The position numbers and the translations under genes are program-made. Of a stretch of DNA of 64,000 nucleotides, positions 28,358 to 37,787 are shown piece after piece (within the stretch, counting starts at the first letter, position 1; each line of letters starts with the position of its first letter). Source of the DNA: an uncultured Lachnospiraceae bacterium (GTDB taxonomy: Bacteria > Bacillota > Clostridia > Lachnospirales > Lachnospiraceae); the NCBI GenBank assembly GCA_905235745.1, contig CAJOMN010000013.1:13931-77930 (forward strand), written 5' to 3'. The notes under the pieces were generated by a model. The model was not told the DNA's origin, did no database searches, and saw nothing but the letters and a program-made list of their open reading frames with translations.

Positions 28358-28375
28358 AATATCATTCCCTCCTCA

Positions 28376-31300
28376 TTATTTATTCTTTCTCCTGCCCGGC
28401 TTGTACAGTACGAGAACGCCTGCAAGCGCGAGAAGTATTATAATTATAAACCATTTGGCGGAAACAGGACCGTATATCTTCCTGTTGATGCTCTGCCAAC
28501 TGCCGCTAAGAGCGAACGAAGACGCCGCATCTTCTTCACTGATATACTCCGTCACGTCACCGTCTTCACCGGAAGCAGAGTACGCCGGTGTTCTCGAATA
28601 TATCACAAAAGTACTGCAGTGTCCGGTAACAAACCTGATGGCGGATTCACCGTTTTCATCGACTACCTCACCGGACAGCGGTTCAAGAGCGCCGTTATCG
28701 TCAATCGCGGCAACAGCCACGCCGTTGTCATTCTCCATTCCGGATGGAATGGGGAGTGTCACTTCCATCTTGGAATTGCCGAGCTTATGGATCGGGACGG
28801 TACCGCTCTTGTCATACAGATCCATTGCAAGCGGAACAAAGCTGCCGCCCGGATCCGTTCCGGTGCTGTGCAGGAATGCGGCGTTTATACGGTCTGATGC
28901 CGAATCATCCTCATATATGTCAAGCCTGTAGCGGCCGTCATCACCGGGGATATCGGCAGTGGCCACTCCGCTTGCCGGGAACCGGCTCCCGCTAACAGAT
29001 ACAGTGATGGCAGGGCTTGCGGCATCCAAGGAATCTTCCGCTTCTTCCTCCGGGATCACGTCCGAATTGACGCGGTCGAGAAGGGATACGAGATCAGACG
29101 ACTGTTCGCCGTTTACCATGATATTCTGCGGCCTGTAATCGTAATAATCCTGCCAGTTCCTGTAATTGTCAAATGCATCGCTCTTAACCTGATCGAGCAT
29201 ATATGTGTCGCCCGCGATATCAACCTGCTGGTTGATGATGACATTGCCTCCGCCGTCGGGTGCGGAAAGGGCTCTCTCCAGTACGAGTGTCTTGTCATCC
29301 TGAGAACCGATAGTATATACCTCTCCGGCGAATCCGTAATGAGACGGATCGAACAGTGTTCCCGAATCAAGATCGCACCGATCGCTTACGATAGCGTTCT
29401 TTGCGCCCTCAAATGCCCTTGTCCGGAGATTTTTCGCGGACAGCCTTGTCGCGCTCCCATTATATGTGACATCGGGAACATCATCCCCGTTTATAATTAA
29501 GGTCTTAAGCGTGCCGCCGTTATCAAATGCGGAAAGACCTATCCCTTCGACGGAATCCGGAATATTGACGACCGCAAGATTACTGTTCTTGAATGCCCTG
29601 TCATCTATCTGCCGCACATTGTTGCCCAATATGAGCTGTCGAAGCTTCGGACAGTCACTGAACGCCTCTTCTCCGATATCGGTAACAGAATCGGGTATGA
29701 CAACACTTTCAAGATTGTTGTTATGTGCAAACGCGCCGGCTCCGATGTGCTTTACATTGTCAGGTATCGTGACAGCGCTGTCCGTACCCTTATACGCCAG
29801 CAGTACGCCGTCACCCGCCACAAGATAATCATCCACTCCGACCTGTTTCCATCCGTCAAGGAAGGGAGTGCCTTCAAATGCACCGAGAGCTACAGAATCA
29901 ACGCTTTCGGGGATGACAACGTCAGTAAGGTTCGGACACATGTAGAACGCCGCGTAATCAATATTCTTCGTGCCTTCCGGAATTGTAATGCCGTTAAGGG
30001 CGCTTCTTGCGAAGGCAAATTCCCCTATATCTGTCAGGGACGAAGGAAGATCCACGGAATGGATATTGCCGTTCCTGTAAAAAGCCCTGTCACCTATCCC
30101 GGTTACTCCTGCAGGAATGCTGACGGAATCGCCATCTCCGGTATATCCTGCATAGACATCGCCGATTATATCGGAATCGGAATGTTTGACAGGCATTGCC
30201 GCCGAACTTCCGTACTCATCCTCATACTCGGCGTTGCCAAAATCAAATCCCCGGACCGGAACGTCGCTTGACATACGAAGAACCGTCGTACCCCCGAGGA
30301 CAATACCGCCTCCGAGGTCATATCCGGTCATGTTCTCTTCAAAATCATGATACTCTATCCTGGTATCCCACGGCTGCTCACCGCTGTCGGACGCCTTGTA
30401 ATATCCGTCATTATACAGATCGGATTGTGAAGCTGCCGTATTGCTTCCGTTCTCTCCGGTGCCGCTTGAAGCGTTCGCGTTATCTGCGGAATTACCCGAG
30501 GCTGCGGCAGAAGTACTCGTTGCCGCCGCAACAGTTCCGGTATCGGGCGTATCACCCTCGTCAAGAGGCGTTACGCTTGTCGGATCGAAATCTTCACTAT
30601 CGAGCGCCGATGCATTGGCGGAATAATCGGGTCTTGATACAAGTGTCGTACCGCCGCTTGTTCCGCTCCCGTAGCTTTCTACATCATCGGAATTGAATGA
30701 TTTGACAACATTCCCGTTGGCATCGACAAAACGAAGCAGAGCGCCCTTTGTATTGGCGAACGCCCTGTTATCAATGTAACCTACCGAATCGGGAATGTTG
30801 ATATATGACAGACTGTCACAGTTTTCAAATGCATATGCAAATATAGACTGAACGGAGCGCGGCAGCGTCACATGCTGCAGTCCCTTGCAATTGGAGAAAG
30901 CATATTCGGGAATGGCTGTAACCCCGTTTGTAATGGACAGATTGGCAAGATTGTTACTGCCCCAGAATGCGAACTCTTCTATCTCCCTTACAGACGTGGG
31001 CATCTGATATGTTGTTGACGGTCTGCCCGCAAGGTACTGGACAAGCTTTCTGCCGTCCGCAGAATAGATGACACCGTCATAGCTTGTATAGTTCTCGTTG
31101 AGCGGAGATACCGGGACATTCGACAGTGACGGGCACCCGGCAAATACACCGGAGCCGATAGTTCTGACCGTCTCGGGAATGCTGACGGAATACAGCGACG
31201 TGCATCCCGAAAATGCACTCGAGCCAAGTGTCCTCACGTTATCGGACATCCTGACGGTTCCGAGATTGCTGCAGTTGGAGAATGCCCCAAAATCAACGGT

Positions 31301-31552
31301 CGTAACTGTATCCGGCATGACAAGCTTCGTCATCTTGTCATAGCCCTCAAAGGCTTCCTTGCCTACGCGGTTGACCCACGCAGGAATGGTCACTTCGTAA
31401 TCGTTCCCCAAATACCTGGCGGCCGTTGCCCCGTCATATTCATAATCACCGTGAGTCGAAGTTGCTTCTGCGCTGCCTGCCGGAAGTACCGCCAGTATAA
31501 CCGCTGTCGCGCACAGAAGCACCGCTACAACTCTTCTGATAATCTTCCCCAT
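28376..31552 (-). CDS. Cell-surface protein with BspA-type leucine-rich repeats (LRR_5-like), N-terminal signal peptide and C-terminal TM anchor
   Basis: Signal peptide MGKIIRRVVAVLLCATAVILAVLPAGSAEA. Two blocks of ~23-aa repeats of the type IP(D/E)SVxxIGxxAFxxCxxLxxV. A Ser/Thr/Ala/Asn-rich linker. A C-terminal domain followed by WFIIIILLALAGVLVLYKPGRRKNK. Confidence 0.8.
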   Translation of the reverse strand: MGKIIRRVVAVLLCATAVILAVLPAGSAEATSTHGDYEYDGATAARYLGNDYEVTIPAWVNRVGKEAFEGYDKMTKLVMPDTVTTVDFGAFSNCSNLGTVRMSDNVRTLGSSAFSGCTSLYSVSIPETVRTIGSGVFAGCPSLSNVPVSPLNENYTSYDGVIYSADGRKLVQYLAGRPSTTYQMPTSVREIEEFAFWGSNNLANLSITNGVTAIPEYAFSNCKGLQHVTLPRSVQSIFAYAFENCDSLSYINIPDSVGYIDNRAFANTKGALLRFVDANGNVVKSFNSDDVESYGSGTSGGTTLVSRPDYSANASALDSEDFDPTSVTPLDEGDTPDTGTVAAATSTSAAASGNSADNANASSGTGENGSNTAASQSDLYNDGYYKASDSGEQPWDTRIEYHDFEENMTGYDLGGGIVLGGTTVLRMSSDVPVRGFDFGNAEYEDEYGSSAAMPVKHSDSDIIGDVYAGYTGDGDSVSIPAGVTGIGDRAFYRNGNIHSVDLPSSLTDIGEFAFARSALNGITIPEGTKNIDYAAFYMCPNLTDVVIPESVDSVALGAFEGTPFLDGWKQVGVDDYLVAGDGVLLAYKGTDSAVTIPDNVKHIGAGAFAHNNNLESVVIPDSVTDIGEEAFSDCPKLRQLILGNNVRQIDDRAFKNSNLAVVNIPDSVEGIGLSAFDNGGTLKTLIINGDDVPDVTYNGSATRLSAKNLRTRAFEGAKNAIVSDRCDLDSGTLFDPSHYGFAGEVYTIGSQDDKTLVLERALSAPDGGGNVIINQQVDIAGDTYMLDQVKSDAFDNYRNWQDYYDYRPQNIMVNGEQSSDLVSLLDRVNSDVIPEEEAEDSLDAASPAITVSVSGSRFPASGVATADIPGDDGRYRLDIYEDDSASDRINAAFLHSTGTDPGGSFVPLAMDLYDKSGTVPIHKLGNSKMEVTLPIPSGMENDNGVAVAAIDDNGALEPLSGEVVDENGESAIRFVTGHCSTFVIYSRTPAYSASGEDGDVTEYISEEDAASSFALSGSWQSINRKIYGPVSAKWFIIIILLALAGVLVLYKPGRRKNK

Positions 31553-31555
31553 TAA

Positions 31556-34500
31556 TTACGCTGCTTTCTTCATATACTCCTCGGGATCCTTCTTCAGGAA
31601 CAGTACTACCGCTATCGCCGCAAGTCCGAAGCACAGGAACCACTTCGGATGTATCCCGTCGGCAGTCTTCGGAGTTGCATCCGCTATACCTGCAGCGGTT
31701 AAGTTATTCGTATCAACCCAGACCATATAAGGTGAGAAGTGTGTGCATGTATAGGTCATGCACGGAACACCATCTATGACCGTAAATCTCGGTGTCATAG
31801 GATCAATTACACCGCCCGCGGTACTTGCGATCTTGGCGTTTCCGCCGTATATCGCGAGATCATCGGGTATCGGCATAGTGATCGAAACACTCACGCCTGC
31901 CGGTACAGGGCTGATCTTGTTGGTTCCGGTCGAATCGTACAGTGAGATATCAAACGGCAGGTATCTGATCGCGCTTATATCATCACCATATTTATTATGG
32001 AGTGCCGCAAGACCCGCTTCATCAGCTTCCTGCGTCTGCGTGATCTTGACAACATAGTTGTCGCTCGATCCGTTGACGGTCGCGCTTATCTTGCCGGTAT
32101 CGGATATACCGCCGGCAGTTGATATGACGGTTGTATTGCCGCTTCCCCTGCTGCTGCCGGAATCCGAACCGCTTCCGGAACTCTCGCCAATATATACTGT
32201 GGAGTTAACTCCGGCACCGGTGAGTCCTCCCGAAGCACCGGCATCCTGACTGTTTACAAACACAGGATACGCAGATGAGCTCGATGACGAAGACGACGAC
32301 CGAGAGCTGCTGGAGCTGGAGCTGGAGCTTGATGACGACCCGGAAGTATTCGAACCCGTCGACGAAGTTCTTGATGTTGACGTTGAGGATGAAGTTGTCG
32401 ATGTTGTGCTTGTAGTACTGCTGCTCTCATATTTGGCAGTAACGGTAACATCCTCATCTATCTCTTCACCCAGAAGATCAGGGCTCCAATACAGGAACTT
32501 CATGTTGTTGTGTTCCGGAACGCTTGGTATTTTATCCGAGGTAAGGATCGAGCCTGAATTTAGGGTAACAGTCTTGATCGGATCGCCGTTGTAGTCGATA
32601 AAATAGACCTTAACCTTTTCATCTGTCGAACCGTATACGCTTGTAAACGTAGTATCCGTTGTAAGGACATCGGTAACCCAATTTACGGCATTACCGTTCT
32701 TGTCTATTCCCGACCATGATGAAGGATTCTTGCCCCCATATGTAGGCAGAACACTTGGCGGATAGTTCGATCCGAATGTATAACCGTTAGCCTGCGCTTC
32801 AACCACCTGATAATAAGTATCATCATATCTGTCTCTGTATGTAAGTTTAATAGAATCAGCTATAGTCACGTAATTGATGTTTGCATTCTTGTCTGCATAG
32901 TCCATAAGATATTCGGCATCATTATGGACATGGAAAGTAACGTCCGGCATTGTAAGCCCGTCTTTAGAGGCAGATTCAAAGGGAAGTTCATTAAGGTTTA
33001 CATTATTATACGGGAAAGTTACATCCATATTGGTGCTAATGCCCGCAAATGCCTGATCCCCGACCGAGAAAAACTGGTTAGGCATAGTCACATTCTTGAG
33101 CCTGTCGCAATCCATGAAACATCCGTATGATATATCACACCCGTCATCCGGGAATATAATAGTTTTGATAGCATCACAGTCTCTTGCTGCGTAAACAGCA
33201 TATGCGTCGACATCAGATAACTCATCCGCAGTAATTGATTCAGAACCACACGTATCGCCGCGGCTCGGAACAATCTGTACTACCTGAACCCGTTTGCCGT
33301 TATTACCTTTAATGATTCCCGTTGAAAAGCCGTACTCATCGGTTGTGGAATAATACAGTTCATTATTATCAGATGTCTCCGTACTTTCCCCTGTAAATCT
33401 TACGGATTCAAGATGCGATTTATCATCATCATCTGAAGTAGTTCCCGGGCCCAAATGCGGGAAAGATGCAGGTTCATAGTTTAACTTGGTATTATCACCT
33501 TCAGTATCCGGCATATAGAAAGGAAGATAACCAATATTAGTTACATCTCCCGCGAATTCAACATCCGTAAGATTACGGCAACCTTCAAACATTCTGTCAG
33601 GGAATTCCGATACTCCTCCCGCCTCGAATGTGACGCTATTAATGTTTGGATTATATTTGAAAATCGAGTATTTGGGGCCTCCCAAAGTATCATAAAGATC
33701 CGTACCGTCATTAAACACATAATACTGCGGATTATCGGTAGTGTATCCGCCAATAATATTGCTTTCGGCAATATCTATGTAATCAATCCCATAAGGAATA
33801 ACGATATTATGTGTATAGTTGATACAGTCCTGCTCCATTGGTGTTCTTGAAGCAGCAGTCTTTTCTTCAAGACTTTTCTCAGTAACGGTACTGCCGGCAT
33901 CATCTATGTCATCTTTATCCATTTTAGAAGTCATATTCGGATATTTGGTAAGACAAACCCCCGAATAATTTGTGCTCTTCCCTGTTACGGGATGATCTTT
34001 TGTAAATGCTTCAACCTTATACTGGGCAGTCATGTTCCATGGATTTCCAGAGTAATAATTAGTATATACCTGCAGATTTGATATCTGGGATGAAGGATCT
34101 ATTGCAAACTCATAAGGCGCATAGTCTTGTAACATTGGGCCTTTAAATGTAATTGGTGTACTCCTGTTGTATGTATAAAAGGCATCCGGTTCAATCGAAT
34201 CTTTGGGATAGAACATTGCATATTCGTTCTTTCTCCCCGTCTCAAGATTATCATCATAAAAATCGACATTATTGAGATTTTCTGTTTCTGCAAAACACCT
34301 AGCACCCAAACTGGAATAACCGGGACCGTCATAAGCAAATGTAGCGCGCGTCATATTATGATTGTTGATAAATGCCTCATCGTGAAATACTGTGGCATTA
34401 ACATTAGCCCAAAGTGCTTTAATCCCAGTATTTTCAAATGCATTCTCATATATATGATCTAAGTTGCTTTCAAGCTGAAGATATTTAATTGATTTGTTCT

Positions 34501-36295
34501 CCTTAAATAATCCCTCAGCTATATTTTTAATCTGAATATCTCCACCATTTCCGTCACCCTGATCTCCTCTTGCCCCTATATTATCCCCTATAACAACATC
34601 TGCCGTAGAAGAAGAATCTCTATCATAATAGCCTGTAAGGGTATGGTCATCTTCTTTAACTTCAAATATAAATTTATAATCCATAGAAGAAGGGTCAGTT
34701 GGTTTTTTCTTAAAGAAATCATCATCGGCAGCATATTTGTATGCAATATGATTTGCAACCTCATATTCAGTCGTTTCATCATAAAATCTATAGACATAAT
34801 TATTTGCCGTATCAAGACTTGATTCATAAGAGGCACTGTATGAATTACCTGTAGGATTCAAATATGAACCATTGGTTGGTCTGGTGTTATATAACTTGGG
34901 ACCTTCAACTGTTATCTGATATGCGTCAAATTCACCATTATAAAATGTTCCACCGGCACTTTTAAATATTATATGCTCAAAGCTTTTGCATGACCCGAAG
35001 AAGCCTTCAGTAAGCTTCCCTGAAAAGTCGCTTGGCATTGTTGCTTCAGTAAGTGCTTCACATTCAGCAAATACGCCCCTTGCCGGATTAGGATGAGTTA
35101 AACTGAGGTTTGAAATTGAGAGTATTACATCATTATCAAGATTTACTTTTGTGAGTTTTTTACATTGACCAAATGTACAATCACCTATTGTACAGCCGGA
35201 AACCTTCGATAAATCAATTTCATTAATCTGTGTATTAAGAAAGGCTCCATTTCCAATGTTCTTAACTGAATCTGGAAGTTTCAGCCCTGATCCGTCATAG
35301 GACATCGAAGACAACACTGAGTTTTTAAACGCATTTGATCCTATTTTAGAAAGAGACATCGCATCGGTTATCTCAACAGTTGTAAGTGATCCACAATCCT
35401 CGAACGCAGATTCACCTATTGATTGGACACCTATACCGAGATTGACTGAATTTACCCCTGATCCCTTAAACGCGTTATTGCCAATAAGTCTCATGTTGCT
35501 GGGGAGCTCAACATATCTAACATTTGTAGTATCTTTGAACGATTCATTACATATGTTTGCCACTGGAACATAATTATCACAAAGATAATATGTTTCTGTA
35601 GGCTCATCTTTGTATTCCGTCCCTGTGTCCGGACCTATTCGCGTTAGTAGAATTCCGGATAATTCAAAGCCGGCATCAGCTTCAGGCAAATCAACATTTT
35701 CTTCAATATAATCCTCATCAGACCCATCTTCATTATCTCCGGATACGTTTTCCGGTGAACCACTCTCGGCAGAGCTGTCAGGATTATCATTACTCTCTGT
35801 ATCATTTTCTTCTACAGAAGGTGAGTTTTCATCAATTCCCTCAACAGGATTTTCTTTTGGCTCTACATTTTCGAGTTTAGGCAACGGAGACATTGTCGGT
35901 GTTGCAGTAGGAGTCGGAGTTGGATATATAGCGTAAATAACAATTCCATCAGTAGTAATCTCTTGATCAAGGCTCATACTCCATGTTCCGTGAGCTCCAG
36001 TACTTGGTGAATCGGGCGGGGTGGGAGGGATAGCGTATCCCTCATTATTCAGTTTGTCTCCATGCCGTATTGATTTTCTAAGGTATTCAGTGCCCTCAAC
36101 CTCAAATATCACCTCGTGCATAATAACCGTTTCTTTGTCATATACGGACAGTTTTTCCATATAGCTGTTCTGTATAACCCGCAAGATTGTAGGGAACATG
36201 CTCAAGTATATACAGATGCTCACCATCATCCCATTTAAGATACTTTTTTCCTCCTTCATCCACCCAGCCGGATTCATCGTAATTGACAGTACCAA
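31556..36295 (-). CDS. Giant BspA-type LRR surface protein, downstream (main) reading frame of a frameshift-split gene
   Basis: A 1579-aa ORF with many LRR_5-like repeats (IGxxAFxxxxL), a Pro/Thr and acidic linker, an SSSTTSTTSTTSSS...poly-Ser tract, a C-terminal domain paralogous to that of the 28376..31552 protein, and a TM anchor (WFLCFGLAAIAVVLFLKKD). There is no signal peptide in this frame. The frame overlaps the 36138..36860 ORF, which carries the signal peptide. Confidence 0.75.
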   Translation of the reverse strand: MVLSITMNPAGWMKEEKSILNGMMVSICIYLSMFPTILRVIQNSYMEKLSVYDKETVIMHEVIFEVEGTEYLRKSIRHGDKLNNEGYAIPPTPPDSPSTGAHGTWSMSLDQEITTDGIVIYAIYPTPTPTATPTMSPLPKLENVEPKENPVEGIDENSPSVEENDTESNDNPDSSAESGSPENVSGDNEDGSDEDYIEENVDLPEADAGFELSGILLTRIGPDTGTEYKDEPTETYYLCDNYVPVANICNESFKDTTNVRYVELPSNMRLIGNNAFKGSGVNSVNLGIGVQSIGESAFEDCGSLTTVEITDAMSLSKIGSNAFKNSVLSSMSYDGSGLKLPDSVKNIGNGAFLNTQINEIDLSKVSGCTIGDCTFGQCKKLTKVNLDNDVILSISNLSLTHPNPARGVFAECEALTEATMPSDFSGKLTEGFFGSCKSFEHIIFKSAGGTFYNGEFDAYQITVEGPKLYNTRPTNGSYLNPTGNSYSASYESSLDTANNYVYRFYDETTEYEVANHIAYKYAADDDFFKKKPTDPSSMDYKFIFEVKEDDHTLTGYYDRDSSSTADVVIGDNIGARGDQGDGNGGDIQIKNIAEGLFKENKSIKYLQLESNLDHIYENAFENTGIKALWANVNATVFHDEAFINNHNMTRATFAYDGPGYSSLGARCFAETENLNNVDFYDDNLETGRKNEYAMFYPKDSIEPDAFYTYNRSTPITFKGPMLQDYAPYEFAIDPSSQISNLQVYTNYYSGNPWNMTAQYKVEAFTKDHPVTGKSTNYSGVCLTKYPNMTSKMDKDDIDDAGSTVTEKSLEEKTAASRTPMEQDCINYTHNIVIPYGIDYIDIAESNIIGGYTTDNPQYYVFNDGTDLYDTLGGPKYSIFKYNPNINSVTFEAGGVSEFPDRMFEGCRNLTDVEFAGDVTNIGYLPFYMPDTEGDNTKLNYEPASFPHLGPGTTSDDDDKSHLESVRFTGESTETSDNNELYYSTTDEYGFSTGIIKGNNGKRVQVVQIVPSRGDTCGSESITADELSDVDAYAVYAARDCDAIKTIIFPDDGCDISYGCFMDCDRLKNVTMPNQFFSVGDQAFAGISTNMDVTFPYNNVNLNELPFESASKDGLTMPDVTFHVHNDAEYLMDYADKNANINYVTIADSIKLTYRDRYDDTYYQVVEAQANGYTFGSNYPPSVLPTYGGKNPSSWSGIDKNGNAVNWVTDVLTTDTTFTSVYGSTDEKVKVYFIDYNGDPIKTVTLNSGSILTSDKIPSVPEHNNMKFLYWSPDLLGEEIDEDVTVTAKYESSSTTSTTSTTSSSTSTSRTSSTGSNTSGSSSSSSSSSSSSRSSSSSSSSSAYPVFVNSQDAGASGGLTGAGVNSTVYIGESSGSGSDSGSSRGSGNTTVISTAGGISDTGKISATVNGSSDNYVVKITQTQEADEAGLAALHNKYGDDISAIRYLPFDISLYDSTGTNKISPVPAGVSVSITMPIPDDLAIYGGNAKIASTAGGVIDPMTPRFTVIDGVPCMTYTCTHFSPYMVWVDTNNLTAAGIADATPKTADGIHPKWFLCFGLAAIAVVLFLKKDPEEYMKKAA
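32272..32425 (-). repeat. Ser/Thr low-complexity tract, including the hexanucleotide tandem repeat (GCTGGA)n at 32305-32329
   Basis: It codes for ESSSTTSTTSTTSSSTSTSRTSSTGSNTSGSSSSSSSSSSSSRSSSSSSSSSA. The repeat ctggagctggagctggagct is visible on the plus strand. Confidence 0.85.
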
Positions 36296-36860
36296 TAACT
36301 AGATTAAGTTTATTTCCGGGAGGGGTATATACATCAGTAGATCCATTCGACTCAAAGTACTTTTCTATATTGGTATTTTTCATCGCATAAATAGGTCTAA
36401 CATAATCAATAGAGCTATATCCCTCAGAATCCACAACATAAAAAGACTTGCCTCCAAAATCCCTCTTTATATATGAACCTTCGGACATTTCCGGAATTAA
36501 TGGAAATCCACCTACAGTTCCAGTATTTGTAGGAACCAAGTTTTCAACAACATCGAGGTTGGGGTTAAAGGTGAAGTCAGCAACTTTTTTATCGGAGCCC
36601 TTATAATCACCTGATGAATCCGCGCTTACACCCCCGACCGGCACTGCCGCAACAACAATACTTGTGGCAAGCATCAGGCTTCCAACCGTTCTGCGGACAC
36701 TCTTCTTAAGGCGAAGCTTTTTTCTTCCCCTTTTCTGTCCTGTCGATGCTTTCTGAACTGACTTGTCGGATGATTTTGGCGAAGCTGCGGCTTCTCTCTC
36801 ATCTTCCGCAAGCTGTTCGTCAATTGATTTGAAAACAATTTTTTTCTCGTCCATTTCCAT
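36138..36860 (-). pseudogene. 5' fragment (signal peptide plus the first ~190 mature residues) of the giant LRR protein gene, separated from the main frame by a 1-nt frameshift
   Basis: The probable start is MEMDEKK or MDEKK (36860 or 36854; the track begins at a TTG at 36902). The fragment has a long basic n-region, then SLMLATSIVVAAVPVGGVSA-DS (signal peptide). This frame ends ...EQLYGKTVRI*. The +1 frame continues ...EKLSVYDKETV into the 1579-aa ORF. The two frames meet at a T5 (A5 on the coding strand) run at 36152-36156. Confidence 0.7.
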
Positions 36861-36873
36861 TTCCTTCTGCTTG

Positions 36874-37452
36874 TTAAATGTGCTGAATGAAAAAATCTCC
36901 AACCTCTATATCCGTAGTGTTCTCTTGTTGAAAGAACGTCCGCATATGATCTACTACTATTTTCCCGTCCACCTCATAAATCTCACCATCATTCTTTTGA
37001 CATGGGCGGATTGTACTATAGATATTCCTATCAAAGTCAATCTGCATGTATGGTGATTGGACTCGGTTAATAAACGAAAAATCAACTAATGAAAAGGTCG
37101 TTGATCCAAGCAACATATTATATCCATAATCCGTTTTGGCATTATATATGACAATCGGCATATTATATATTATTAAGTCTTCCTGCCCACCATAAGAATC
37201 CTTTAATTTGAATTCAGGTATAGAATAAATCGGATATTGATTTGCATCCTTGCCACCAAGTCCCATTATGTAGGTAATGTACTGGGTTTCAATTGCATCC
37301 GGAAAATCAAGCAAAAATGTTCCAACATTGCCAAAATAGATCGGTATATTGGCTCCCGTATCAATCAGAACAGAAATATGACCCAAATCCGTATCATAAC
37401 TAATTGTGGGCTTTTTGTCTTGATTGATCAAACTTATTCTTATAGAAGCCAT
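36874..37452 (-). CDS. Free-standing retropepsin-like (clan AA) aspartic protease
   Basis: All three retropepsin signatures are present in order: VLIDTGAN (D31-T-G-A; codons at 37362-37354), a flap-like IMGLGGKD (aa 63-70) and NMLLGSTTF (aa 112-120). No signal peptide or TM segment. There is a ~60-aa C-terminal extension. The ATG overlaps the upstream gene by 13 nt. Confidence 0.75.
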   Translation of the reverse strand: MASIRISLINQDKKPTISYDTDLGHISVLIDTGANIPIYFGNVGTFLLDFPDAIETQYITYIMGLGGKDANQYPIYSIPEFKLKDSYGGQEDLIIYNMPIVIYNAKTDYGYNMLLGSTTFSLVDFSFINRVQSPYMQIDFDRNIYSTIRPCQKNDGEIYEVDGKIVVDHMRTFFQQENTTDIEVGDFFIQHI

Positions 37453-37787
37453 AAGCCGTTAAACCTCATGTTTTCAGTAGTATAAAAGCACCATAATTTG
37501 TTTCCCGCCTTGGCATACTTTTGCATCAGAGGAATAAGATCTTCCCTAGTCTTACCTACTCCCCTTAAAATACCAGTCGTCAAATCTTTACTTGTTTGGT
37601 AATCTTCAAGCGCAACATACATATCAGGATATTGTTTTGCAATTTCATTCCATGTCATCCTGGTTCCAATAACGTTATCCTCTTGAATGGTTGACACTAT
37701 CTCATTATCATGAGTGCCCTGTTCACTAATTGATCTGTGAATATTCTTCTTGCTTCCCATAAATATAGCCTTTCCAAGATTACGCAT
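37440..37787 (-). CDS. Small hypothetical protein (cassette gene B), no confident family assignment
   Basis: A 115-aa ORF, or 106 aa if it starts at the ATG at 37760, which has the better RBS (GGAAAGG-N8). It is soluble. The core reads WNEIAKQYPDMYVALEDY...GILRGVGKTREDLIPLMQKYAKAGNKLWCFYTTE. It is translationally coupled on both sides. Confidence 0.6.
   Translation of the reverse strand: MRNLGKAIFMGSKKNIHRSISEQGTHDNEIVSTIQEDNVIGTRMTWNEIAKQYPDMYVALEDYQTSKDLTTGILRGVGKTREDLIPLMQKYAKAGNKLWCFYTTENMRFNGLWLL

Noticed and set aside
27959-28897. 312-aa plus-strand ORF
   Set aside because: It lies antisense to icd and the 3' end of the LRR gene and crosses their intergenic gap. It is Arg/Cys-rich and has no start context.
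36147-36160. Programmed -1 ribosomal frameshift at the A-run of the LRR gene
   Set aside because: The downstream frame is +1 relative to the upstream frame, there is no X-XXY-YYZ heptamer, and no downstream pseudoknot is evident. Only a +1 slip or an indel fits.
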